DNA of 64,000 bases from an uncultured Actinomycetes bacterium (GTDB lineage Bacteria; Actinomycetota; JAICYB01): NCBI GenBank assembly GCA_963789445.1, contig CAWBKS010000001.1, positions 2,042,141 through 2,106,140 of the forward strand, in the 5' to 3' direction. The first letter of the stretch is position 1. Every line of letters starts with the position of its first letter. Of this stretch, positions 17,639 to 27,204 are shown in pieces. Under the pieces are notes generated by a model. That model saw only the letters and a list, made by a program, of their open reading frames with translations, had not been told where the DNA came from and searched no databases. The position numbers and the translations under genes are program-made.

Positions 17639-18909
17639 ACGACGCTCCCACCGAGCAAATCGAGTTCCCCGACGGTTTCGTCTGGGGCACCGCGGCGGCG
17701 GCGCATCAGGCCGAGGGCGGCAACTGGAACAACGATTGGTGGCAGTGGGAGCACACCCCGGGAACTCCAACTACCGACGTTTCGGGTGACGCCATCGACC
17801 ACTACCACCGATTCGAGGAGGATTTCGCTCTCCTCGGCTCCTACGGCCACAACGCCAACCGCTTCTCGATCGAGTGGGCACGCATTGAGCCCGAGCCCGG
17901 CCAGTACTCCAACGCTGCGCTCGATCACTACTCTCGTGTTCTCGACAGCGTCCATCGCAACGGCATGACGCCATTCGTGACTCTGCATCACTTCTCATCG
18001 CCTCGGTGGGTGCACAACGACGGCGGATGGGCCAATCCTGAGATCGTCGAGCGCTTCCGTCGGTACACCGACGTGGTCGCCCGCCGGCTGGGCGACCGTA
18101 TCCCTTACGTGTGCACGATCAACGAGCCCCAGGTCGTCGCGATGGCCGGATACCAGACCAAAGGGTTCCCGCCGGGCGTCGGCGACAAGGCGCTCTTCTG
18201 GCCTGTTACGCGCAACTTCATAGCCGCGCACCAAGCCGCAGTGGAGGCGTTCAAGGAACACAATTCAGATGCGCAGATCGGCATCACGCTGGCGATCACC
18301 GATTTCCAGCCGGCCGACGACGACTCTGTCGAGATCCGCAACCGTGTCCACCACCGGATGGGACAGGTGTACTACGACGCTCTTCGCAGCGGCATCGTCA
18401 AGGGTCCGAAGCTCGAGGAGGAGATACCGGGCCTCGCGCGTTCGAGTGACTTTGTCGGCGTTCAGTTCTATTCGCGAGCCGTCATCTCGGCTTCGCTAGG
18501 CATGCTTGCACCGCCCGAGGGCGCCGAGATCACGCAGATGGGCTATGAGGTTGTGCCGGAGAGCTTTACCACCGTCCTGAAAGGCGCGATGGACGCCGAG
18601 CTTCCCGTTTTTGTCACCGAGAACGGGATCGGGACGGCCGACGACAAGCAGCGCGTCCGGTACATCGCCACACATCTGGCTGCTGCCAAGAAAGCGATGG
18701 ACGAGGGCGTGGACCTTCGTGGCTACATCTACTGGTGCTCGATGGACAACTTCGAGTGGAACGCCGGTTACCGGATGACGTTCGGCCTCATCGGCGTCGA
18801 CCGCGAGACTTTCGAGCGGACGCCGAAGCCTTCGGCCGAATACTTTTCCGAGATCTGCCGGACGAGCTCCGTCGACCCGAAGACGACGCAGCAGTTCCTG
18901 ACTGCTTAG
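17635..18909 (+). CDS. Glycoside hydrolase family 1 beta-glucosidase
   Basis: GTG overlaps the amidase stop (GTGA). Contains FPDGFVWGTAAAAHQAEG, NANRFSIEWARIEP, TINEP (acid/base Glu) and VTENG (nucleophile Glu). Confidence 0.9.
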   Translation: MNDAPTEQIEFPDGFVWGTAAAAHQAEGGNWNNDWWQWEHTPGTPTTDVSGDAIDHYHRFEEDFALLGSYGHNANRFSIEWARIEPEPGQYSNAALDHYSRVLDSVHRNGMTPFVTLHHFSSPRWVHNDGGWANPEIVERFRRYTDVVARRLGDRIPYVCTINEPQVVAMAGYQTKGFPPGVGDKALFWPVTRNFIAAHQAAVEAFKEHNSDAQIGITLAITDFQPADDDSVEIRNRVHHRMGQVYYDALRSGIVKGPKLEEEIPGLARSSDFVGVQFYSRAVISASLGMLAPPEGAEITQMGYEVVPESFTTVLKGAMDAELPVFVTENGIGTADDKQRVRYIATHLAAAKKAMDEGVDLRGYIYWCSMDNFEWNAGYRMTFGLIGVDRETFERTPKPSAEYFSEICRTSSVDPKTTQQFLTA

Positions 18910-19648
18910 CAGCTTCGGTCGCGGTGATAGCAGCCAGGCTGCGTCCGCGGACCATCGCAACCACGGCGGCAGCGACCGCCACCAGTCCGCCGATCAACAA
19001 GAACCACAGCGCTCTCGTCCAGGGCTGATTACCGCCCACTTCGCGGCCGATCAACCCTTCCAGCGAATCCGGATCGACACCCGCTGCACGCAGCTGTTGA
19101 GGATTCGCCTCTCCAACACCGGCCGGCTCGGTAGTCGGTGCCGTCGACGGGACGGTGAGCGCCGGCAGTGGGATCGGCTGGCCCGTGAGCGGTACCTGTT
19201 GCAGGAGTCCGCTGTTACTCGATGCAGAGTCGTCGCTTGTTGGGGCCTGGGATGGTTGACCGGGCTGCGGGGTCGACGGCGCCGGCGCAGCCTTCACCAC
19301 CAAGCGTGCGTGATGTCCCATGTTGCGGTGGTTGTCGCAGTACAGCGTGAAGGTGCCGGCTTTCCGCAGCGGCGGGGTAGTGAACGTCTGCCCTAGCGTG
19401 AGATTTCCAGAGTGGATGTTCAGCTCGTCCACGTCGACGGTGTGGGCTCCCAGGAAGGCCGCGACCGGAGCCTCGGCGACCGTGACGACGATCTGATCCC
19501 CAACACGAACAAAGATCTGAGAGCGACTTCCCGTCGAGTTGTCCTGGAAGTAGTAGTTGCCGCTGGTGACTTGATGCGTTTCTGCCAACGCCGGCGTAGC
19601 GGCAAGTATCATGCCGACGACGGCCGGGACGATCACCAAGCGCTTCAT
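18788..19648 (-). CDS. Secreted cupredoxin-domain protein with a Pro/Ser-rich linker and C-terminal TM anchor
   Basis: Start at MKRLVIVPAVVGMILAATPALA (ATG 19648, ATGA overlap with the upstream gene). Copper-site pattern GAHTVD ... LYCDNHRNMGHHA, and TM WFLLIGGLVAVAAAVVAMV. The last ~40 codons have low GC3 and overlap the convergent GH1 gene, so the stop is uncertain. Confidence 0.65.
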   Translation of the reverse strand: MKRLVIVPAVVGMILAATPALAETHQVTSGNYYFQDNSTGSRSQIFVRVGDQIVVTVAEAPVAAFLGAHTVDVDELNIHSGNLTLGQTFTTPPLRKAGTFTLYCDNHRNMGHHARLVVKAAPAPSTPQPGQPSQAPTSDDSASSNSGLLQQVPLTGQPIPLPALTVPSTAPTTEPAGVGEANPQQLRAAGVDPDSLEGLIGREVGGNQPWTRALWFLLIGGLVAVAAAVVAMVRGRSLAAITATEAAKQSGTAASSSGRRSSSGRSRKSIRPKASASARKSRGRRR

Positions 19649-20073
19649 CCGCCGTACACCACCTCGGCCGCCAGGAACGAGGCGGAAAGAAGCGCGACCA
19701 TCCCGAAGGTCGCGAGAGCTACATCCTGGACTGCGGTGCGTCCGGTGAGCTCGTCCGAGCCTTTGCCGCGGCGCCAGAAGTAGTGGACGCCGAAGGCGAT
19801 GGTCGCCACCAGTCCAGATGTCATGTGCCAGATGAGGGGTGCGTCGGCACGCGGATCGAACACGAAATCGAAGCCTCGAGTGTCTATGAAGGCTGCAACG
19901 ATCGTGAACGGGAGTGCGGCAACGCCGACCACCTCGAACAAGCGCACTTTTCCGTCCCATGTGACGTTGCCGGTCGCGTACCGGATGAGCACGCAGGCCC
20001 ATGCAACGCTGAGCATCGCCAATGGAAAATGGACGAACACCGGATGCAGCGGCAGCGATAAGGGATTGAGCAC
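19645..20073 (-). CDS. DUF2231-like integral membrane protein
   Basis: 142 aa, four hydrophobic segments, and the N-terminal HPVFVHFPLAML motif typical of DUF2231. Confidence 0.7.
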   Translation of the reverse strand: MLNPLSLPLHPVFVHFPLAMLSVAWACVLIRYATGNVTWDGKVRLFEVVGVAALPFTIVAAFIDTRGFDFVFDPRADAPLIWHMTSGLVATIAFGVHYFWRRGKGSDELTGRTAVQDVALATFGMVALLSASFLAAEVVYGG

Positions 20074-20075
20074 TC

Positions 20076-20441
20076 TCAGCCGCCGAGCAAGTCGTCCAAC
20101 GACTTGCCCTTCTTCGGCTCCCGCGCCATCAGGTCCCCCAGATCCTCCTTTTTCTTCGCTTCCTCGGCCTTCAAACGCTCGTCGAGTTCTCGTTGTTTCC
20201 CGCGGATGTCCCCGGCAGCAGACATGAGCTGTTCCAGCGACTTACGCGGTGCCCCTTCGATGCGAATACGAAGCGCGGCCAGGACGTCGGCGTGGCGGTC
20301 CTCCAATCCCTGGTTGCGATCGAGCTCTGCGAGAACCGCTTCGGCTTTTCGCAGTAGATCGAAGTCGGCCGCGGCGCGCCGGCGCGCTTCTTCCGCCTTC
20401 GCCTTCTCTACTTCCGGCTTTCCCTTCTTGTCTTCCGGCAC
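20076..20441 (-). CDS. Hypothetical highly charged coiled-coil protein
   Basis: 121 aa, Lys/Glu/Ala-rich with acceptable GC3. It ends 3 nt before the DUF2231 gene start. Confidence 0.5.
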   Translation of the reverse strand: MPEDKKGKPEVEKAKAEEARRRAAADFDLLRKAEAVLAELDRNQGLEDRHADVLAALRIRIEGAPRKSLEQLMSAAGDIRGKQRELDERLKAEEAKKKEDLGDLMAREPKKGKSLDDLLGG

Positions 20442-20556
20442 GAGGACGAGGATAGCTTGCAGCAGCTAGCGGGCTCCGGCGTTCGCGGCGGTTGCGTCCG
20501 CCCGCCGCCGAGCGCAGGCTTATAGGTCTTCGCGGGGAGAGCGATTAGGAGGCTGA

Positions 20557-22071
20557 ATGAGCAGGGAACGTCTATCACCGGCTGACGCACTGTTCCTCCA
20601 TCTGGAGGACGACCACACGCATATGCACGTTGCTTCGTGCACGATCTTCGAAGGTTCGGTCGACTACGAGGAGGCGGTCGAAGAGGTCCGGCGCCGGCTT
20701 CACCTCGTCCCACGGTTCCGTCAGAAGCTCGCCTTCGTTCCGCTCGGTGCGGGGCGTCCGGTGTGGGTCGACGATCAGCACTTCAACATCGAGTACCACC
20801 TTCGCCACACAGCGCTACCGGCGCCGGGATCGGAAGAGCAGCTCAAGAACCTCGCCGGACGCATCATGTCGCAGCAGCTCGATCGCACCAAGCCGCTGTG
20901 GGAGATCTGGCTCGTCGACAAGCTGGCCGGCGATCGCTTTGCGATGATCGCCAAGACACATCACTGCCTCGTCGACGGCGTTTCGGGTGCGGACATCACC
21001 GCCGTGCTCCTCGATCTGACCGAGAAGCCTCCGGACCTTAGGGCGGAGCCCTGGACGCCCGAGCCCGAGCCGACCGATGCGCAACTCGTCACCGACGCGA
21101 TACGCGAACGGATGACCGAGCCGATGGAGATCGTCCGTGGTGTCAGGCGCATGGTGCGCACACCGCGTCGCGTGGCCAAGACGGGGGCCGAGTTCCTCGA
21201 GGCCATGGGCGCTTTGGCCTGGGCCGGACTCAACCCGGCTCCCAAGACGGCGCTCAATGTTCCGATCGGCCCGCACCGCCGCGTCGAGTTCGTTCGTTCG
21301 TCGCTCGCCGACTTCAAGTCGATCAAGAGCGCGCTCGGCGGAACCGTGAACGATGTCGTGCTGGCCGTCGTCACGGGCGCGCTCCGGAGGTTCCTCGAAC
21401 ACCGCGCGATCGACGTGCGCGGTCTGGAGCTGAAAGCGATGGTTCCCGTTTCGACCCGTTCGGAAAGCGACCAGGGGGCGCTCGGTAACCGGGTGACGTC
21501 GATGGCGGCTCCGCTTCCTATCTACGAGGAAGAGCCCGTTCTGCGTCTGGCGATCGTTCGCGAATCGATGAAGGACGTCAAGAGCTCGAAGCAAGCCGTC
21601 GGTGCGGAGATGGTCATGCAGCTGTCCGGTTTCGCTCCACCGACCATCCTCGGACAGGCCGCTCGACTGCAGGCGCAGCAGCGGTTCGTGAACCTCCTGG
21701 TGACCAACGTGCCCGGCCCCCAGTTCCCGCTGTACACACAGGGCCACAAGCTCATCGATCTGTTCCCTATGGCGCCGCTCGGTGCGAATCAGGCGCTGAA
21801 CATTGCCGTCATGTCCTACAACGGCCAGCTCGGGTTCGGATTGATCGCGGACTTCGACGCCATCCCCGATCTCGGCGTTATCGCCGAAGGCCTGGAGAAG
21901 TCGATAGCGGAGCTGTTGCAGGCTGCCGAGGAGGTTGCCTCGCGCGCCGAGGCGAACGGATCCAACGAGCGCGAGGAGATGCAGGTCGCTGCCGCCTCGT
22001 CGGCCAAGCCGGTGGCTTCGAGAGGCGAGACGCCGACGACTCGCCCGCAATCTCCGCCAACGGGAGCCTAG
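20557..22071 (+). CDS. Wax ester synthase / diacylglycerol acyltransferase (WS/DGAT)
   Basis: 504 aa with active-site motif HHCLVDGVSG (HHxxxDG), and C-terminal NVPGP and PLYxxG patterns. Confidence 0.9.
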   Translation: MSRERLSPADALFLHLEDDHTHMHVASCTIFEGSVDYEEAVEEVRRRLHLVPRFRQKLAFVPLGAGRPVWVDDQHFNIEYHLRHTALPAPGSEEQLKNLAGRIMSQQLDRTKPLWEIWLVDKLAGDRFAMIAKTHHCLVDGVSGADITAVLLDLTEKPPDLRAEPWTPEPEPTDAQLVTDAIRERMTEPMEIVRGVRRMVRTPRRVAKTGAEFLEAMGALAWAGLNPAPKTALNVPIGPHRRVEFVRSSLADFKSIKSALGGTVNDVVLAVVTGALRRFLEHRAIDVRGLELKAMVPVSTRSESDQGALGNRVTSMAAPLPIYEEEPVLRLAIVRESMKDVKSSKQAVGAEMVMQLSGFAPPTILGQAARLQAQQRFVNLLVTNVPGPQFPLYTQGHKLIDLFPMAPLGANQALNIAVMSYNGQLGFGLIADFDAIPDLGVIAEGLEKSIAELLQAAEEVASRAEANGSNEREEMQVAAASSAKPVASRGETPTTRPQSPPTGA

Positions 22072-22075
22072 AGAC

Positions 22076-22453
22076 ATGGGATGGCTGGTCAAGACCATCT
22101 GCGCGCTCGCTGGTCTGTTCCTCGTTGCCCTCGGTGTTTGGGCGATGGTCGATCCGCTTTCCTTCTACGAGCAGCTCGCAACCTTTCCGCCTTACAACAA
22201 GCACCTCTTCCACGACGTCGGCGCGTTCCAGATCGGCCTGGGCGCCGTTCTCCTTTTGCCGCTCTTCATGAAGGACATGGCGCTCCTCGCGCTGACGGCC
22301 GTAGGACTCGGCGCCGCTCTGCATGCGATCTCCCACGTGATCGATCGCGACCTGGGGGGCAAGTCGAGCGGACCCCTACCTGCTCGGCGCCTTCGCGCTC
22401 ATCCTCATCGTTGGGGCGTTGGTGCGAGCTGGCGAGCTCAAGTCAAAACGTAG
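22076..22453 (+). CDS. Small membrane protein; 3' portion apparently frame-disrupted
   Basis: MGWLVKTICALAGLFLVALGVWAMV... with three TM segments. From ~22370 the annotated frame loses GC3 bias, while the adjacent frame encodes a fourth TM (DPYLLGAFALILIVGALV) and ends at TAG 22449-22451. Confidence 0.5.
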   Translation: MGWLVKTICALAGLFLVALGVWAMVDPLSFYEQLATFPPYNKHLFHDVGAFQIGLGAVLLLPLFMKDMALLALTAVGLGAALHAISHVIDRDLGGKSSGPLPARRLRAHPHRWGVGASWRAQVKT

Positions 22454-22467
22454 CCCCTGAGAAACGC

Positions 22468-22495
22468 GGAGCCCCGCGCACATGCGCGGGGCTCC
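22468..22495. terminator. 12-bp GC-rich hairpin between convergent genes
   Basis: ggagccccgcgc-acat-gcgcggggctcc read directly. It lies between the membrane protein gene and glnK and has only a weak U-tract. Confidence 0.5.
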
Positions 22496-22640
22496 GGCGA
22501 GCGACGACGGTTGCCGGTGCGGTGTACGACGGTCTCAAACCTTCTTCACCGGCCCCCGTCCGTGTGGGGGAGCTGCTATCTCAGAAACTAAGCTCACGGC
22601 TTTTCCGCTGGATGTCCCGCGGTTACAGCCGCGTAACGGT

Positions 22641-23009
<369 letters not shown>

Positions 23010-23049
23010 CTAACAGGTTCGGATTGTGATCTCATCGCCTCGCTCACCC

Positions 23050-24398
23050 TCAACCGGTCAACGAGTAGCCGGCTTCGCCATGTTGCGACAGGTCGAGACC
23101 CGTGTCCTCGTCTTCCTCGCTCACGCGCAGACCGATGACGAGATCGATGGCCTTGAGGATGATGATCGTCAGGACGAAGGACCAGACCGTCGTGATGCCC
23201 GAAGCAGCGGCCTGCTTGCCCAAGAGCTCGAACCCACCTCCATAGACCAGGCCCTTTTGGCCCATAAGAGCCGTCTGCTCGGTAGCGAACACTCCTGTGA
23301 GCAGTGCCCCGATAAGTCCGCCGACGTAGTGGACACCGACGACGTCGAGTGCGTCGTCATACCCGAACTTGTGCTTGAGGTTGACTGCGAGATAACAGAC
23401 CAGGCCGGCGGCCAGACCGATGCAGATGGCCGACCACGGCCGCACGAACCCCGACGCTGGTGTTATCGCGACCAGATCCGGCGACAGCACCCGTCGCGGC
23501 TCCGACCGTCGTCGGCTTCTTGTGCTGGAACCATTCGGGGATAATCCACCCGAAGATCGCGGCTGCCGTAGCCACGTGCGTGTTGGTGAAAGCAAGCGCG
23601 GCGAGCCCGCCTGACGCCAGCGCGCTTCCGCCGTTGAATCCGAACCAGCCGAACCACAGGATGGACGCGCCCAGCACGACGAAGGGGACGTTGTGCGGCA
23701 CGAACGGATCTTTCGGCCAGCCCTTGCGCTTGCCGAGAACGAACACGAAGGCCAGCGCCGCTATACCGGCGTTCTGGTGGACGACCGTTCCGCCGGCGAA
23801 GTCCAGGGCGCCGAGGCCGTCCAAACCGTTGAGGAATCCTCCGCCCCAGACCCAGTGCGCAACCGGTGCGTAGACGACGACAACCCAGATAGCCGTGAAG
23901 ACCATGTACGCGCTGAACTTGATGCGTTCCGCGAACGCGCCGGCGATAAGTGCCGGCGTGATGACGGCGAACATCATCTGGTAGATGCCGTACGCAGTGT
24001 GGGGAATCGTTGCCGCCAGAGCGCTGGGCGCGTCGCCGACGTCCTTGAACCCGATGAAGTCGAGCCCGCCGATCCACCCGCCTTCGCCGATAAGCTTGCC
24101 GATGTCCGGCCCGAAGGCGAGCGTGTGGCCGATGACGACCCAGAGGATCGCTGACGATCCCCAGGGCCATGAACGAGTGCATGATCGTTCCGAGCACGTT
24201 CTTGGAGCGGACGAGCCCGCCGTAGAAGAACGCAAGCCCGGGAGTCATGAACATCACCAAAGCTGCCGACACGAGGATCCACGCCGTGTCCCCGGTGTTT
24301 ACTGCCGATGCGGTCTCTGCCGCTGCCGGTAGTGCGCTCAGCCCGAGTACCGCGACCGAAACACCGCCGACGACGCCTGCCCGCCGCCAGATGCTCAT
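23050..24398 (-). pseudogene. amt: Ammonium transporter (Amt family) interrupted by two single-nucleotide frame disruptions
   Basis: Three consecutive reading frames carry contiguous Amt sequence. They are MSIW...[27 protein letters not shown], then [14 protein letters not shown]...[13 protein letters not shown]...[12 protein letters not shown]...TGAVAG, then [11 protein letters not shown]...GVHYVGGLIGALLTGVF. The frame switches are at ~24150-24155 and ~23476-23479. Confidence 0.85.
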
Positions 24399-24417
24399 CG
24401 ACTCCCCCTTCTCGTCG

Positions 24418-24433
24418 GTAACAAAGGCGAAAC
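24418..24433. promoter_or_regulatory. GlnR-type box candidate (GTAAC-n6-GAAAC) upstream of the disrupted amt
   Basis: gtaac-aaaggc-gaaac read directly, 20-35 nt upstream of ATG 24398. It shares the 12-mer ggtaacaaaggc with 27152-27163. Confidence 0.4.
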
Positions 24434-24538
24434 CGCGAGGAGCATACCTAGCAGAGGGTCGGCGGCGTCGTTTACCTATAGAAGAGAGTGTGGCGAGTGC
24501 TGAGTGAAGTCGTTACGGGCCGAGGCGACGGCCGGCTT

Positions 24539-24913
<375 letters not shown>

Positions 24914-25298
24914 TTATCCCCTCCCGGCCATGTAGACCATCGCGCCGAGCGCAGCCACCGCTAGCGCGATGCGCCAGCCGCCGGCTTTGATGGCTTGCGC
25001 GATGGGCAGGCTCTTGCGAGCCCCCGCCTGCGCGCGCTCCGTGCGGGACCGCTGACGTCCTCCAAGCATCATCAGCAGGCCGGCGCCCGATCGGTACGAA
25101 GTACGTCCACTGCGGCGCGCCCGTCGCTCCCAGAGCCAAGCAGCCCCAGGACGAAGACGACCGGTGCGGTAAGGCGAGGAGCACCCCGCGCGCGTACGCG
25201 GGATGCTCCGAGCGGAGATGCGCGAGCTGCTTGCGGGGCCCGCCCTCCAGGCGGGCCCCGCACATCTCACAACTGTCGGCTGCTTGCGTTTTCGTCAT
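24914..25298 (-). CDS. Small zinc-finger-like membrane ORF between amt and glnK (reading frame uncertain)
   Basis: The N-terminus MTKTQAADSCEMCGARLEGGPRKQLAHLRSEH carries C-x2-C-x13-H-x4-H. High GC3 moves from this frame to a second frame near 25084-25089. That second frame encodes AGLLMMLGG...SLPIAQAIKAGGWRIALAVAALGAMVYMAGRG and ends at 24914. Confidence 0.35.
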
Positions 25299-25331
25299 GA
25301 CTCGAGTTGCCATCCGTCTTGTCTCCTTGGC

Positions 25332-26984
25332 CTATGAACGGCTGCGTGAAGGCGCTTTCTGTCCAAGCGCCGCTATCGCGTTCGCGATGGCCGGCGGCTC
25401 GAGGTCCGGGTAGGCGTAGACGCCCATCTCCGGCAGGTCGAGCCCGACGTCCTCGTCCTCATCCCTGGACCGGATGCCCTGGATGAGGTCCTGCGCCTTG
25501 AAGAACAGCCAGCCGATGCCACCGGCCCAGACGACGATCGTCAGGCAGCCGATGGCCTGCGCGATGATCTGCTTCGAGTCGCCGTAGAAAAGGCCCGTGA
25601 CGGTTCCGTCCACACCGTTCCAACCGGCGCCGTAGGTGCCGTCCGCGAAAAGCCCAAGGGCCAAAACGCCCCAAAGGCCGTTGATGCCGTGCACCGAGAT
25701 GGCGCCTACCGGATCGTCGATCTTCGCCTTGCGCTCGAAGAACAGCATCGACTCCACGACGAGCGGACCGGCGATCGCTCCGATCGCGAGAGCGGCCCAC
25801 GGCGCAACGAAGCCCGACGGTGCGGTGATGGCCACCAGACCGGCGAGCATCCCATTCGCGGCCATTCCCGGATCCGGCTTGCCGTAGACGTTAGTCCTGA
25901 CCTTCCAAGCCCACAACACGGCAACGAAAGCGCCTGTGGCCGAGGCGAGCATCGTGTTCACTGCAACGACGGAGATCCTCAGGTCCGTGGCGGCCAAGGT
26001 CGAGCCCGGGTTGAACCCGAACCACCCGAAAGCCAGGATGAACGTTCCCAGGATCGCCAACGGCAAGTTGTACGCCGGGAAGGTGTTAGCCGTTCCGTCG
26101 GCGTTGTACTTGCCTCTTCTTGGACCGATCACGGCCGCACCGGCCAACCCCAGGAACCCACCGATACCGTGCACGACTCCCGAACCGGCGAAGTCCACAT
26201 AGCCGTGTCCGAGACTCGACTTCGTCCCGAGCTGCGCGAGCCAACCGCCACCCCAGGCCCAGTTCCCGAACACCGGGTAGAAGACCATCGACACGACGAA
26301 GCCGTAAACGACGAAGGCCGAGAACTTCCACCGTTCGGCCATCGCGCCGGTCACGATCGTGGCCGTGGTGTCCATGAACACCAGGTTGAAGAGGAAGTGC
26401 GTCATCACCCCGACGTCGTAGATCCCGTTGAACGCGAATCCCTTCGTGCCGAGGATGTTCCAGCCGCCGATGTCGATCGCCGTTCCATTGATCGCACCAG
26501 CCCCGCCGAGCGTCGCGACGCCGCCGTAGCTGCCGAACATCAATGCGTACCCGACCAGGAAGAACCCGATGATGCCGATGCCGTAGATCAGGAAGTTGGT
26601 CATCAGCACGTGGGCCGCGTTCTTCCTGCGACAGAAACCCGTCTCAACGAGCGCGAACCCCGCCTGCATGAACATGACAAGGAACCCCGTGAACAAGACC
26701 CAGACGAAGTTCACGGCGATCTTATTCTTGCCGGTCGCGTCGGCGATCTGCTGGACGGTCCCTGGGTCGTAGACGCTGGGCGCCTCCGTCACGGAATCTC
26801 CATTCGCGTCCGTGACGACGTCGCCCATCGTGCCGGTCAGGTCGCCGCATGGGTCGCCTGCCCCTTCGACCGCTTCGACCTTGCCTCCACATGCGTCCTG
26901 CGCACTTGCCGGAGGCGAGCCGAGCGTGAACAGGGCCGCCCCAACGAGTGACAGGAGCAGGAAGGCGCGCAAACGTCTGCTCAA
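25332..26984 (-). CDS. amt: Ammonium transporter (Amt family) with a cleavable signal peptide and N-terminal extracytoplasmic extension
   Basis: 550 aa. TTG start with SD ggaggtg, signal LLLSLVGAALFTLGSPPASA, and Amt motifs (MQAGFALVETGF, DFAGSGVVHGIGG, GWFGFNPGS, ISVHGINGLWG). Confidence 0.93.
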   Translation of the reverse strand: MSRRLRAFLLLSLVGAALFTLGSPPASAQDACGGKVEAVEGAGDPCGDLTGTMGDVVTDANGDSVTEAPSVYDPGTVQQIADATGKNKIAVNFVWVLFTGFLVMFMQAGFALVETGFCRRKNAAHVLMTNFLIYGIGIIGFFLVGYALMFGSYGGVATLGGAGAINGTAIDIGGWNILGTKGFAFNGIYDVGVMTHFLFNLVFMDTTATIVTGAMAERWKFSAFVVYGFVVSMVFYPVFGNWAWGGGWLAQLGTKSSLGHGYVDFAGSGVVHGIGGFLGLAGAAVIGPRRGKYNADGTANTFPAYNLPLAILGTFILAFGWFGFNPGSTLAATDLRISVVAVNTMLASATGAFVAVLWAWKVRTNVYGKPDPGMAANGMLAGLVAITAPSGFVAPWAALAIGAIAGPLVVESMLFFERKAKIDDPVGAISVHGINGLWGVLALGLFADGTYGAGWNGVDGTVTGLFYGDSKQIIAQAIGCLTIVVWAGGIGWLFFKAQDLIQGIRSRDEDEDVGLDLPEMGVYAYPDLEPPAIANAIAALGQKAPSRSRS

Positions 26985-27013
26985 GCCTTCACCTCCATGT
27001 CTGACCGCGTCCG

Positions 27014-27038
27014 CCCACCGCGAACCGGTTCAGGTGGG
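27014..27038. promoter_or_regulatory. Near-perfect palindrome in the amt 5' region (candidate operator)
   Basis: cccacc-gc-gaaccggttc-a-ggtggg read directly, 30-55 nt upstream of the amt TTG start. Confidence 0.3.
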
Positions 27039-27141
27039 AATCTAGACAGGAGGAGTTGCGCGCTCGTGTCCCTCAAGTTGCTGCATGTTTCCAGCGCCTA
27101 GCGGCTCGCTTACGCCTAAGGCACGGTTGTCTTAGCGGCTT

Positions 27142-27157
27142 CTTAACGGGCTGGTAA
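27142..27157. promoter_or_regulatory. GlnR-type box candidate (TTAAC-n6-GTAAC) in the amt / wHTH divergent region
   Basis: ttaac-gggctg-gtaac followed by aaaggc. It shares the 12-mer ggtaacaaaggc with 24417-24428 and lies 40-60 nt upstream of the wHTH start. Confidence 0.35.
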
Positions 27158-27166
27158 CAAAGGCCA

Positions 27167-27204
27167 ACATCACCGAAACGCTGGGCCCGTAGCTTTCGGT
27201 GATG
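27167..27204 (+). promoter_or_regulatory. 11-bp perfect inverted repeat spanning the wHTH start codons
   Basis: catcaccgaaa-(16 nt)-tttcggtgatg. The right arm contains GTG 27199 and ATG 27202. Confidence 0.4.
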
